A stretch of 64,000 nt of DNA from Candidatus Poribacteria bacterium (GTDB lineage Bacteria; Poribacteria; WGA-4E; WGA-3G): assembly GCA_965214095.1 (NCBI GenBank), contig OZ243938.1:3616001-3680000 (forward strand), read 5' to 3'. Under the pieces are notes generated by a model. It saw only the letters and a program-made list of their open reading frames with translations, was not told the origin of the DNA and searched no databases. Position 1 is the first letter of the stretch. The number at the start of each line of letters is the position of its first letter. The position numbers and the translations under genes were made by a program. This document shows, piece by piece, positions 41,242-53,129 of this stretch.

Positions 41242-42078
41242 TCAACTTGGAAGGGTTGCATGTGCTGTGATATGCGGCGGTAACATGATGGGACGTTTTG
41301 CTGCAGCGACCTCTGCTTGTATTCGGGATGCTAAAGTGTCCACGTCTACTTCCTCAGCAGTAGCGAGCTCGTAAGCCTCTATTAATGGCAACATACTTCG
41401 GAAACTGTTCGCAAGGTATTCAAAACCAGGCCAATCCTCAGGACCACCCATAGGTGCTTCAAAATGCAAAGAAGGTTCTGGTAAACCACCATCAACAAAG
41501 GCTTTATAAAGTTCCATCCCCATTTCAACATGTGCACCTGAACGTTCAAAGGCAGTCCGTCCCCATTCAATCAAGTTATTTATCAAAGGTGTATCTGGAT
41601 GGATAGCAACACTATAAGGTGAGAAATCTACCTCCTGAAACGCCGCAATTCCACCGGGGCGTAAATGAGTTGCTAAATGTTTGAGCGCATCTGCCGGGTC
41701 TGCCATATACATCAGGACGAGTCTACCGACAACCGCATCAAAATCGTTCGGAAGTTCAAGAGTTCGCGTATCGCCTGCAATGAATTCAATGTTTGTGCAT
41801 CCTGCTGCGTCGGCACGGGCTTTCGCCGTTTCAAGAATCTCTGCGTTGACATCCACACCTACCACAGTGCCATCAGCACCAACAAACTCAGCAAGTGTGA
41901 GGGCGACATCGCCAGCACCACTACCGACATCAAGCACTTTCATCCCTTTTGATATACCACTTCTTAAGAAAAATCGGCGGGTAACATCATCGTAGAGTTG
42001 TGATTGCTCAATCAATCGATCCGTTTCTGACTTGCTCCTACCCATTGTATATTCAGCATCTCTGCTTTGATTGCTCAT
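41242..42078 (-). CDS. Class I SAM-dependent methyltransferase (paralog 1)
   Basis: VLDVGSGAGDV, PGGIAAFQE; RBS GGGAGA before ATG 42078. Confidence 0.88.
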   Translation of the reverse strand: MSNQSRDAEYTMGRSKSETDRLIEQSQLYDDVTRRFFLRSGISKGMKVLDVGSGAGDVALTLAEFVGADGTVVGVDVNAEILETAKARADAAGCTNIEFIAGDTRTLELPNDFDAVVGRLVLMYMADPADALKHLATHLRPGGIAAFQEVDFSPYSVAIHPDTPLINNLIEWGRTAFERSGAHVEMGMELYKAFVDGGLPEPSLHFEAPMGGPEDWPGFEYLANSFRSMLPLIEAYELATAEEVDVDTLASRIQAEVAAAKRPIMLPPHITAHATLPS

Positions 42079-42514
42079 GTTAATCTTCTCCCCTTTCAAA
42101 ATATGCAAGGTACAAAGACCTCGCGTGCTAATATGATACTAAGTTTATTGTAAAAACCTTGATTATTTACACACTACGGTAGGTTCGGTTTCCTAACCGA
42201 ACCGGCTTTTTGCCAAATACCTTCATAGAGTTTCTCGCGTAGGATCCGGTTCGGTTAGGAAACCGAACCTACCGGCCTGGGGAAAACGCCTAATTTACAC
42301 TAAATTGACGCCTATGGTTCGGTTAGGAAACCGCACCTACCGGTCTGGGGCAAAAACAACACGTCTACCTGATTTATAGTGAATTATAAAATATGTTGAC
42401 ACTTGTTCTATAGGGGCGAACTCCGATTCGCGAATTATTATTATCGAGAATCGGAGTTCGTTCCTACAGATCAAATGCCAAGTTAATTCTAAAATCCACT
42501 CTTAGGATACATGT

Positions 42515-45217
42515 TTAGAAACTATAGCCAACTTTGGCATACCAGTATGCGCCATCAAAACCGAAGGGACTAAACTGACCGTACGTGTTCCCAATATCGG
42601 GAGGATTATAAGCATCACCCCTAGTCGCTGGCGTGTCATCTGAATACGCTGGGTTTTCATCTGGATAGGTGTCTAATATATTATTTCCACCTATTGTAAA
42701 TACTATGCCACTATCAGCTGTATAACTTACTTCAAGGTCAACAATAAGCTTACCGGTATAGGTTGCATTATCTTCAGAATCGAACCAATCACCCCAGTAT
42801 CCACCACGAGCGAGGACACCAAAATTATCCATTAATGGTTGGATGACTGTCAGACTTGCACGATGTTTCGGTAAGTTTTCTTCCAATTCCTTAATACGAA
42901 GGTCATCAAGCGTAACCGGATTGTGGTCTGTAACAGTGGTCTGCGTATAATTATACACAGCGATGACATTTCCATCCAAGACTGGAATACTAACAACCGC
43001 ATCAATACCTTGGGTTGTTGTATCAAAGTCATTGGTAAAGAAACGGAATTCTTGTAAATTAGCTGCGCTGGTCACACCCTCAGCAATCAGGTCTTGCTTC
43101 TGTTCTTCTGTGAGTGCGAAATCTTGTGACAGTGCTAAACGGTCTTTCATCCGTATATCAAAAAAGTCCATGGTGAAGTTTACGTCTAAAATATTGACAG
43201 TAAATCCACCAGTAAAGTTTTGTGATGTTTCCGGATCAAGAGCGTTGTCTTCTTCCTCTGTTACAACAGCAACAGCTGGATTGGTTGACGGAATTGTACC
43301 ATTGTTAACCAAATCATTCTTTTCAAAATTGAATTCAGTGGTAACATTGAACGTATTTTGCTGTCCGGGTGTTGGCGCGCGGAAACCACTACTAAAACTA
43401 CCACGAAGTTTCATGGTCTCAGTAATTCCGTAGTTCGTAGCGACTTTATAATTGACTGTAGACCCGAAATCTTCAAAGTTTTCACCACGCACGGCAAGTG
43501 CGACAAGCCAATTGTCAAGCGGTGTGATTTCACTCTCTAAATATGCAGCAACATTTGCGCGATTCCAGGCTCCTGCTGCGATAGGACTGAAACCGGAAAA
43601 ACCGTTGGAAGCAGCAGTGTACCCTTGTGCAGCTAAAGGACCGATCTGATAAGATTCTCTTTGTCCTTCAACGACCTCAAATCCTTCGTTACGATATTCT
43701 AATCCGGCTGCAACATCTACCATTTCGTGAACGGGATATGTCACATCAAAGTTGATGTTATAGTCGGTTTGAACGTAATCACCGGGATTGAAGAATGTTG
43801 GGGTATCTGGGCCAAGTGATGCGTTGACAGTGTTAAAGATAAAGAAATCTGCATAGTGCCGTCCAAAGTACGCACTCAAATCCCAAGTAAGAGGATTTCC
43901 TAACGATTCTTCAAAAGCAGCACCTTTGATACCTATAAGAATTGAGCTATCAGCAGTATCTGCGCCGAATCGAGGTGTGAAACCACCAGGAAACATCTCT
44001 TGGTATGAGAATAAGTTCGGATCATCAAGTACGGCTTGCATTTTGGCAGGATCCGCAGGTACTCCGTTGGCGATTGCTAACCGGCTGGCAGCATCTGTAG
44101 CCACTGTTTCACCAGTTTCAGGATGTGCTAATTGAATATCATCATCATCCTTATTTTCACCTTCACCTAACCCTTGCAAATTTCCAACCAGAAGATAGAA
44201 TTCGTCAGGATTATCGTCATCATCTAAATCTACATTACGTCCAAACACACCACTACGGGTATTGGGATTTCTGAAGTAGAAACCACCTTCAACACGTTTG
44301 CTGGCATAATTGGCATGTCCATAGAATTCCATAGAATCAGTTAACTGACTGCCGTAGTTAGCAAAGAATTTGAAATCACCGTCTACAATCGGTTGTCCCC
44401 AAATTTGTGCGGGGTCTCTGACATCAAAATTCCCAGCATTCGTTAAAGCGGTTGCGTCATATCGTTGAACAGATCTGATAGTAGGATCCGCACCACCGTA
44501 TTCTACACTTAGGTTTGTCCAGGTCTCTGGCGTACCCAAACCAATATTACCTGCGATAGCATACTGACGACCATCACCATATTGATAGATACCCGGCTTA
44601 AATTCAAAACTTCCACCTTGATAATCGTCTTTCAATTGGAAGTTCATCACACCAGCAATTGCATCTGAACCGTATTGAGCTGATGCACCATCACGTAGCA
44701 CTTCAACTTGTTTCAATGCGATGGATGGAATAGGTGACAAGTCGGGTCCCTGAGCCCCGTCAGCTAATCCATTTCCGAGCCAGTGAATCACAGCGGCACG
44801 GTGCCGTCTTTTGTTGTTCACCAACACAAGCGTGTGGTCAGGTGCTAATCCACGTAGGTTCGCAGGACGCACGATGGTGCCTGCATCACTAATCGGTTGT
44901 GTGTTGACGTTGTAAGATGGCACTAACGTTCTTAACAGATTCGGTAAATCTGCACCACCCTGTTTCGCGAAATCCTCTTGTGAAACTATATCAATAGGCA
45001 CCGCGGATTCAAGTACTGAACGCGGTTTCAAACGGTTACCTACCACCACGACACTTTTAAGTTCTGCTACATCTGCTTCAGCGGTCGTATCAGTTGATTC
45101 AGCTTCCTCTGAACTTTCTTCTTCCTGAGCTATAGAGATAGGAATTAAAACCATTCCTACAGCAAAGGCAATAAGTAGCATAATCAGAATTGGCCTACTA
45201 ATCAATGTGACATTCAT
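42515..45217 (-). CDS. TonB-dependent receptor
   Basis: TonB-box-like VVVVGNR, plug NLRGL..DHTLVLVN, VEVLRDGASAQYGSDAIAGV, terminal GYSF. Confidence 0.93.
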   Translation of the reverse strand: MNVTLISRPILIMLLIAFAVGMVLIPISIAQEEESSEEAESTDTTAEADVAELKSVVVVGNRLKPRSVLESAVPIDIVSQEDFAKQGGADLPNLLRTLVPSYNVNTQPISDAGTIVRPANLRGLAPDHTLVLVNNKRRHRAAVIHWLGNGLADGAQGPDLSPIPSIALKQVEVLRDGASAQYGSDAIAGVMNFQLKDDYQGGSFEFKPGIYQYGDGRQYAIAGNIGLGTPETWTNLSVEYGGADPTIRSVQRYDATALTNAGNFDVRDPAQIWGQPIVDGDFKFFANYGSQLTDSMEFYGHANYASKRVEGGFYFRNPNTRSGVFGRNVDLDDDDNPDEFYLLVGNLQGLGEGENKDDDDIQLAHPETGETVATDAASRLAIANGVPADPAKMQAVLDDPNLFSYQEMFPGGFTPRFGADTADSSILIGIKGAAFEESLGNPLTWDLSAYFGRHYADFFIFNTVNASLGPDTPTFFNPGDYVQTDYNINFDVTYPVHEMVDVAAGLEYRNEGFEVVEGQRESYQIGPLAAQGYTAASNGFSGFSPIAAGAWNRANVAAYLESEITPLDNWLVALAVRGENFEDFGSTVNYKVATNYGITETMKLRGSFSSGFRAPTPGQQNTFNVTTEFNFEKNDLVNNGTIPSTNPAVAVVTEEEDNALDPETSQNFTGGFTVNILDVNFTMDFFDIRMKDRLALSQDFALTEEQKQDLIAEGVTSAANLQEFRFFTNDFDTTTQGIDAVVSIPVLDGNVIAVYNYTQTTVTDHNPVTLDDLRIKELEENLPKHRASLTVIQPLMDNFGVLARGGYWGDWFDSEDNATYTGKLIVDLEVSYTADSGIVFTIGGNNILDTYPDENPAYSDDTPATRGDAYNPPDIGNTYGQFSPFGFDGAYWYAKVGYSF

Positions 45218-45413
45218 AAAAATATTAACTCCTTAGGTGTTCTTGTTTAGAAGTACTTATCTGTTCAAAAACGGATAATACTTCAGGTTAAGACTCAATA
45301 TTGGTAAGAAAGGTTTAACGAAAGACCAATATGTGAAATACATAGTAATGTATGCATGTAGTATAATACAATATTCACTTGAATTCAAAAGAAATTATTG
45401 TTATAGTTATTTT

Positions 45414-46163
45414 ATGCTAATATTATATTTAGTGATTGCATTGGTAACAGTGGTATTCGGTGCTGGAATTGCTATCATTTTTGAGGACAAACAGGTTGAA
45501 TTCCGTATTATATTCGGTTTTACTGCCGGTGCTGTCCTCGGTTTCGTGTTATATTTGATGGTCCATCTCTTCACTGACGTAGGCTATCCCATAGTTTTAG
45601 TGATGTGGGGTGGTTTTCTTTTTATATGGTTGTTAGAGTATCTTACACATCGGATACGGAAGCAGATAAATACGAATGCAGAGACACACAAGCAAAATAT
45701 CTGGGGAGTCAACATCACTCTGATCGGCTTATCCATCCACTCAATTGCAGATGGATTCAACCTCAGTATAGCTGCGGAGGAAGGAACATTCGGTATTGCA
45801 CTTGCACTCGGCGTTCTACTTCACCGATTGCCAGTCGCAACAGTTTTAACAACAGCCTTGCACCGAGTTTATGGCGTTGGACGCACAGCATTATGGCTTG
45901 CTCCGTTTATAATCGCGCCATTCATTGGTGCATTTATGGGAGAACAGTTACTGCATGGAGTCTTTGAAGAGTTCGTTGACTATTTATTGCCATTTGCAGC
46001 AGGGACATTATTGCACGTTGTGATGGATGGTATGAAGGGTGGTTGTGTGGCATCGGAAGAAAAGATGAGTAGGACAACGAAAATAGCATTCGTTATTGGA
46101 TTGATTATAACGCTATGTGCATTTTATTTTATTCCGGGTTTAGAGCATGACCATGCACACTAA
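45414..46163 (+). CDS. ZIP-family metal transporter
   Basis: IHSIADG, LLHRLP, AAGTLLHV, C-terminal HDHAH. Start set at ATG 45414. Confidence 0.8.
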   Translation: MLILYLVIALVTVVFGAGIAIIFEDKQVEFRIIFGFTAGAVLGFVLYLMVHLFTDVGYPIVLVMWGGFLFIWLLEYLTHRIRKQINTNAETHKQNIWGVNITLIGLSIHSIADGFNLSIAAEEGTFGIALALGVLLHRLPVATVLTTALHRVYGVGRTALWLAPFIIAPFIGAFMGEQLLHGVFEEFVDYLLPFAAGTLLHVVMDGMKGGCVASEEKMSRTTKIAFVIGLIITLCAFYFIPGLEHDHAH

Positions 46164-46569
46164 AGGTATTTTGCACAAATCCGGTTCGGTTAGGAAACCG
46201 AACCTACCGAACCATAGGCGTTTTCTCCAGGCTGGTAGGTGCGGTTTCCTAACCGCACGGAACTTGTGCGAGAACCTCCATGAAGGTATTTTGCACAAAT
46301 CCGGTTCGGTTAGGAAACCGAACCTACCGAACCATAGGCGTTTTCTCCAGGCTGGTAGGTGCGGTTTCCTAACCGCACGGAACTTGTGCGAGAACCTCCA
46401 TGAAGGTATTTTGCACAAATCCGGTTCGGTTAGGAAACCGAACCTACCGAACCATAGGCGTTTTCTCCAGGCTGGTAGGTTCGGTTTCCTAACCGCACGG
46501 AACCTGTGCGAGAACCTCTATGAAGGTATTTTGCACAAATCCGGTTCGGTTAGGAAACCGAATCTACCG
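46163..46569. repeat. 120-bp tandem repeat (about 3.4 units) derived from the REP-A/MITE interior
   Basis: The sequence recurs exactly every two 60-nt lines. Confidence 0.9.
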
Positions 46570-46662
46570 CTGATAGAAAGTGTAGATATAATTCTATGCT
46601 TCTCCATAATACCAATTAATAAATAAATCTTCATACGGGCTAAAGAGCATTTTAAGAAAAAA

Positions 46663-49200
46663 ATGTGGACAAAATTACCTGAATTTGTAAAGAAATACTT
46701 AATATGTAGGTATTTAGCACAAGTCGTTATACTGATAACAGTGTGCTGTCTATATATTAATGTAACACATGTATTCGCCGCAGATATTCCGATTGTTATA
46801 TCAGGTGTACCTCGAGCGACTATTCAGATCGGTGCAAACGCGTCAATCCAAGAACGATTTGCCGCAGAAGAAATCCAGACATTCATTGAGAAATTGACAA
46901 GTGCGAAACTTGAACTACTTACCAACCAACAACCGACCACAACCCGTACAGTTATCGTCTTAGGCACACTCACCTCCAACCCGACAATCCGTTCACTACA
47001 AACAGAGACAGGATTAGATTTACCCGAAAATATTGGCGATGAAGGGTATCAGATAAAATCCGCTGATCTCGGTTCTGAAATCGTCATTATTATAAGTGCA
47101 CATACACCACGCGGTGTGATTTATGGGGTTTACGGTTTCATTGAAGCATGTATTACGGCATTGACAGGTCTCAATCCTGTCCATCCCGATATTGCGGTAG
47201 AACGCACACCAACGTTGCGAATACCCTCACTTGACGAAACTTCACGTCCATTTTATCCTGTTCGTGCTGTCCTTGAAATAGATGACCCCGATTGGCTCGC
47301 AAGGCAACGCGTCAATATGAGTGGGGGTGAAGGTATATGGACAGGTACCGGTATTGAAGATGGATTCGGAACTGCTTTCAAGTATGTAGACTCCCCTGCA
47401 TTCGCTTCCTTCCAAGATGAACCCCGCACACAACGTTTAAAAAGAATTGAAACACTCCAAAGCCGTTTCTCCGCACTAAATAAACGTGGCATTGACGCAT
47501 ATCTATTTATGTATCTGACAGGTGAACCGACTGAGGCACTCATAAAAGCACGACCAGACCTATTAGGTCCAGAGGTGTTGTATGGGGCATCACGGAACGA
47601 AGTATCCTATAGACCTTTCTGTTGGACAAATCCTGAATTCCACACGCTTGCACGCCAATTAACGCAGGAGATAGTCAAGACATATCCTGCACTTGCTGGA
47701 TTTCATCTACGTTCTTGGGGACATGAAACGCGGGCATGCAACTGTCCCGATTGCGGTGACCGATCTCCGCAGGGACAAGCAAAACTCTGGGATGTCTACT
47801 TCACCATTATCAAGGCTGCACAAGATATAAGACCCGATTTCAAATTCTATCTATCGGGATATAATAGAAGTTGGCTACAGGATCCAGATGGCACCTATGC
47901 ACGTCAATTGCCAAAAGGCACTATTTTTTCACAAAAATGGGGTGCTGATGGTGAACCAGTCGTTGATCCGAATATATCTTTTGCACAGATGAACACTCTT
48001 GGAGAGATGGGACACCGATTTATTGTCCTCTCACATGACGTTGAGGAGGTGATGCCGTTTTGGATGATTGAAAGCGATATCTTTGTACAAGGTGTGCGTC
48101 AACTTGCAAACTCCCGTGAAGCAGTCGGATTGAGCGGGTTCACTGTACAAGGTGCATCAGAAGGTTTGGGATACCTTGACCGACTCGTGAGTGCTCGCAT
48201 AAATTGGGATACTAAAATAGACCACCACCAATTAATACGTAATGAATTGATGGCAAAATACAGAGACAAACAGGCGGTTGAGTTGATCGTCAGCGCGTTG
48301 CGTATCAACGGTTTCACCTTAGCAAGTTATTTCTCCGATTATGCAAGTTCCATATCCATCGGTGGCAGTTACGGTACAGGTTCTGCGGGTTTGGCAACAC
48401 GGTTTTGGAACTTGATCGGTAGCAAAGCAGTTGAGAACACCTTGTTAATACCAGAACTAAAAATAGCCCAAACATCAGTCAACCGATTCACAGCACTTTT
48501 GCCACCACAACTCCGCGCTGCCAATGAGATGTGGCAGGCACGCGAACTCGCTGAACCGATAGACCCCGAAGCATCACAAGACCTAACCGATGCCGTGCAT
48601 CTGATGCAGCTATGGATGTTGCTCTTTCAAAGCAGAGAAAAACTGGTGGAAGCGATCGCACTCGGCTATGAAAGAAACACTGGGAGTGCTATCAATGCAA
48701 AACTTGCAAGTGCCACAGAGTTCTCAAAAGCAATGCAACCGTTGATGAAGGAATTTCACGAATTTGGTCCGCTTTTCGGATATTCACACCAGACGAATGA
48801 GGTCGAACTGACGAGGACATTAATAGATGAGGCAGCATGGCTTTCCCGATTCGACTATCGCTCGCTCCAAAAACATGATGAAACTTTCACACCAGAGGAA
48901 ACTGAATTCCGTATCTCCGATGTGCATAACTTTCCTAATCCTCTCAAACGTAAAACCACATTTACTTATATCTTGACCCTTGATGCGGATGCGGTGCAAA
49001 TAACGATTTATACCTCCGCAGGCCGACGTATTCAAACGTTGAAAGATGTTTCCGCGAAAGAGGGGTACAACGAAACCACATGGAACGCGCATGATGCTGA
49101 TGGTAGACCGCTTGCCAATGGTGTTTATTTCTACAAAATACGTGCTGTTCACGATGATAAGAAGGTTGAAAGTATCCACCGTTTGGCTGTGATTAGGTAA
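46663..49200 (+). CDS. Secreted glycoside-hydrolase-like protein with C-terminal FlgD-Ig domain
   Basis: GH20b/GH67-N-like start (AAEEIQ..GDEGYQI..RGVIYGVY), CNCPDC, NFPNP...W...D..G..LANGVYFYKI. Confidence 0.6.
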   Translation: MWTKLPEFVKKYLICRYLAQVVILITVCCLYINVTHVFAADIPIVISGVPRATIQIGANASIQERFAAEEIQTFIEKLTSAKLELLTNQQPTTTRTVIVLGTLTSNPTIRSLQTETGLDLPENIGDEGYQIKSADLGSEIVIIISAHTPRGVIYGVYGFIEACITALTGLNPVHPDIAVERTPTLRIPSLDETSRPFYPVRAVLEIDDPDWLARQRVNMSGGEGIWTGTGIEDGFGTAFKYVDSPAFASFQDEPRTQRLKRIETLQSRFSALNKRGIDAYLFMYLTGEPTEALIKARPDLLGPEVLYGASRNEVSYRPFCWTNPEFHTLARQLTQEIVKTYPALAGFHLRSWGHETRACNCPDCGDRSPQGQAKLWDVYFTIIKAAQDIRPDFKFYLSGYNRSWLQDPDGTYARQLPKGTIFSQKWGADGEPVVDPNISFAQMNTLGEMGHRFIVLSHDVEEVMPFWMIESDIFVQGVRQLANSREAVGLSGFTVQGASEGLGYLDRLVSARINWDTKIDHHQLIRNELMAKYRDKQAVELIVSALRINGFTLASYFSDYASSISIGGSYGTGSAGLATRFWNLIGSKAVENTLLIPELKIAQTSVNRFTALLPPQLRAANEMWQARELAEPIDPEASQDLTDAVHLMQLWMLLFQSREKLVEAIALGYERNTGSAINAKLASATEFSKAMQPLMKEFHEFGPLFGYSHQTNEVELTRTLIDEAAWLSRFDYRSLQKHDETFTPEETEFRISDVHNFPNPLKRKTTFTYILTLDADAVQITIYTSAGRRIQTLKDVSAKEGYNETTWNAHDADGRPLANGVYFYKIRAVHDDKKVESIHRLAVIR

Positions 49201-49224
49201 TCCGGTTCGGTTAGGAAACCGAAC

Positions 49225-52200
49225 CTACCGTGTCTGGTGATTATCCTGCGGAAGGGAATAAACCCCACGCCGCACGCGAACAATCTTCCCCTCATCCAAA
49301 AGACGTTTCAACTCATTGCCTATTGCCTGAGGACTACTGTCAATCGCTGCAACCAACGATGCCGTTGTTTTCTCGGGTCCAGAAGATAACAAAAACAGGA
49401 TCTGCTCTCGATAACTCACACGAGGGATGTTGCCGCCACGCAGTTTGTTCAACACACGATTCGCTTGCCTTGAGGAACATCCTAAAACCCGTTCCACCTC
49501 TTTTCGCGGGGTGTCAGCATTGAGGTTCTCACGTTCTGCCTCAAAACGTTCGCGTGTGCGTATCGTCTCCTCAAGTTTATCTAAACGACCAGCAACCTCA
49601 AAGTCTTCCCAGTCAAAAAGCAACGTTTCCGGTCTATCGCTGATGTCCGGTAGGTAAAAGTTGTTCAACATTACAACCGTTTTACCACTACATCTATTCA
49701 TACCTACGCGTCCAACAATCAGTGTCAGTAAGCCTGAGATATTTTGATGATAGACCTCTTGTATCCGTTCATCTGCATTGTCGTGATCCACCCACACTTC
49801 TTCATCGTATTTAAGGGGTTTCTCGTCGTTCCCGAACAACATCTGAGCTTGTTGCCAAATGTCGCGTTGTCTCCATTTCGGCGTGCCAACTATCCATAAC
49901 ACCTGGACTGCATCAAGATCTATATCCTCATAGAATAACGATTTGAAACTCTGAATAAAACGGACATGTGGCATTTCTGTCATATCCGATAACTTTTTGA
50001 CAATTTGGTAATTTGCAAAAATCGCATGTCTTCTGCTGACATCTCTTTCAATTTCTGCACGGATACCCCGAATATAACGTTCTCCTATTTTAGACAATTC
50101 CACTCTGCTTGTGGGACTATTGTTGTTTAGTACTTCATTGAGAGTGCTGCTACTTGAACGGATTTGAAAGACTCTGTTTTCAGGCATCCACGTTGTCGGT
50201 TCAACACGAACAACATCCATATCTTCGGATGGGAAAGCACGGCGAAGTTGTTCCTTGCTAAGGAATGGTGAGATTATCAGCAGACGTTTGATGTTCGGAT
50301 GGAGTCTCGGTGGCAGCCAAAACGACAGCAATCTATCAGACAACTGCATCGGGGCATCAGTATCGCGTGGGTAATGTTCAAAAAAGTGTGTCAACTGATG
50401 CCAATACGTCCACTCAGGATCCGAACAGACGGTGGGGAATAGTTCAATGTTTTCTAAAGTTCGGACATCAAGCACACCTAATCTGACCGCCTCCGTCATC
50501 TGCATCGGTATAGAAATATCTTCGTTAGTGGTATGGGCTGGTGGTGATATAGTAGGCAGACCGATGTCGTGCAGTCTATCCTTTGCATCTGCATCCAACG
50601 GGATGTAGGCGGTTGCCCTCTTTTGTGCATCAATATTGTCAAAGACAATGGCGAAGTTTGACAATACCTTGCCAGATTCCGTGTCAACAGTTTTACGCGC
50701 CAACACGCTACCGCGTACATTAATGTAACACATCTGTTCAATTATCTGATCTTCGTATTGTTTGAAAGTTTCAACGGCAACTCGAACCTGTCTGATAGGA
50801 TTACTTAAGGGTGCCACTTGTGTTTCAAGGGCATTTAAAATTGCGACTGCAAAGTTACCCAAGGCACATCCCTTCCAGTTAGCAATCCATTCCTCTAAAA
50901 CTGTTTTGGTTAATACACATTGAAAAAATAGGTCTTTTATCGTTGATCTATGTTCATCAATGATACAGATACGTTCTTCATCTACATCTTCGAATAAGTG
51001 TTGTATCAAGTGGACATGTCTCGGCTGAAAAAACAGTTTATTAACTGGTGATATCTGTGCGTAGGCACTTTGCATTGCTTGCGGTTGTGATAAATATCCG
51101 CGTTCTTGGCATGCAGTATAAACGGGACAGTTTGGACAGATATTTTCACTTGCATTGCCGCCCTTGTCCATAAATGTTTTGATTCGCTCAGGGTCCTCAC
51201 ACACATTACCGTGTTGGAAGGGGTTTGCCATGCGGTCTTCTATCGGTATATCTTTAATCTGATTCCAACGGTAAAATATGGATCGCCAACGCACGACGGA
51301 GGCCAGATTTTTTGTTGCATATCGTTCAGCTGCCGCATCTGCATATTCACGACTGGCTATATTCAAAAATGTGGCATGGTTATTTAACAAATACGTTTCT
51401 GCTTCAGTGTTCCTGAAGATTCCATCTTCGGTAGTAGTGAGTGCAAGTATGCGCGTATCGCGCTTCAAAATCTGTTTCAACCCCGATGTCTGTTCCTGAA
51501 TTGATTTATAGTGCTTAGCGACTGCCTTTTGTTTGTACAGTTTTGGTGTTGGTCGTTTTATTGTCAACGGACTTAAATCACCTTCACGAATTGACACTAC
51601 TTTTTTACTCACAAGATTTGAGGGTGAAATGCCTGTGTCGTCCCATATCTGTTATGGCAACAGCACGCGTAGGTATATCTGTATGTGGTGGTGTTGCGCG
51701 TACCCATACAATCCCTTGGTCCTCCCATAACGATACGTACTTAACAGCACCGTTTTCGTCATGAAGTTCCCAATGATGACACCCATCTTCTACACGCAGA
51801 TAAGAATAACCGCGCTTCAAGAACGCTACTTTGGCAAGATCAAGATTTGGTGAACTAAAAGAGGAGAGAGACACATCTTCAGTGTCTGAAATCTCCTCTT
51901 GTGGTAGTTCAGTTTCATGAAATGCCTCGCGGAGTTGATATATAGGGACAAATAGTACTTCTTTGGAAATAACAGGCGGGTCCAACAGATTACCCATTAG
52001 AATCTCATACCGCAAATCCCATTGACTATAACCTTCGTTCCCAAGAACTTCCAAGTAGACAACACGACGGTTCGGATCATCTTCCGTTGGTTGATCCTTA
52101 TAGATATAAAATCGCTTTTCATCAGTATTGGCATGTAAATATTCCTGAATTCGACAAGAGAAGCGAAGTCCGCCTGATTTTGTCAACGTCAACAAGGGGG

Positions 52201-52642
52201 TTGCATGAGCGTTCAGAAGCGTTTCTAAACAGGAAGAAACAGCATCAGGGGCATCACAGATAGACTCATATTTAAACTCAAAGTCGTGCCAATGCGCACC
52301 ATCACGTGCTGATGGCATGCCTGTATATATTTGAATACCCCAAGAGTTGTACCACTGCCTAATTTGCCAACTTCTTGTGCTTTGTCGTGTCAAGAACCGT
52401 TCGCCACCACAATCGGGTGGCACTTGATCATTTGCAGATGCGTGACCTATCGGCATAAATGAAATATCCGCATTCTCAAGTTCTTCAAGCATCAACGGAT
52501 TGCCACGTGCACAATGCACCTTGATGTGAAACGGCGGACGTTTGTATAACGCAGGGGTCACCACCGTTTTCCGTTGACGCAACGACTCTCTTTCCGCATG
52601 CCGTTCGTGACAAAGTTGAATAATTTCTTCTAATAAATGCAT
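49225..52642 (-). pseudogene. Large nucleic-acid-acting hypothetical protein split by a frameshift near 51646
   Basis: ORFs 51605-52642 and 49225-51612 join if AITD continues as WDDTGISPSNLVSKK in the downstream frame. CxxC motif and C-terminal HTH/winged helix. Confidence 0.6.
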
Positions 52643-52731
52643 AGTTATACACCCAAAATTGTTGATACAGATATATGGTAGATTATGGAATTATTTATAC
52701 AGTCTACAACGGTGCGATTAGGAAATTGTAC

Positions 52732-53129
52732 CATAAGCGTCAATTTAGCATCCTTCCAAGTACTGGTAGGTTCGGTTTCCTAACCGAACCGGCTTTGTGC
52801 CAAATACCTTTATAGAGGTTCTCGCACAGGTTCCGTGCGGTTAGGAAACCGCACCTACCGGCCTGGAGAAAACGCCTAATTTACACTAAATTGACGCCTA
52901 TGGTGCGATTAGGAAATTGTACCATAAGCGTCAATTTAGCATCCTTCCAAGTACTGGTAGGTTCGGTTTCCTAACCGAACCGGCTTTGTGCCAAATGAGG
53001 TTCTCGCACAGGTTCCGTGCGGTTAGGAAACCGCACCTACCGAGGTTCTCGCACAGGTTCCGTGCGGTTAGGAAACCGCACCTACCGGCCTGGGGAAAAC
53101 GCCTAATTTACACTAAATTGACGCCTATG
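52732..53129 (+). mobile_element. Two tandem IS4-type MITEs (52732-52902, 52923-53129)
   Basis: Same TIRs as the IS at 23488; separated and flanked by 20-bp GTGCGATTAGGAAATYGYAC. Confidence 0.85.
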
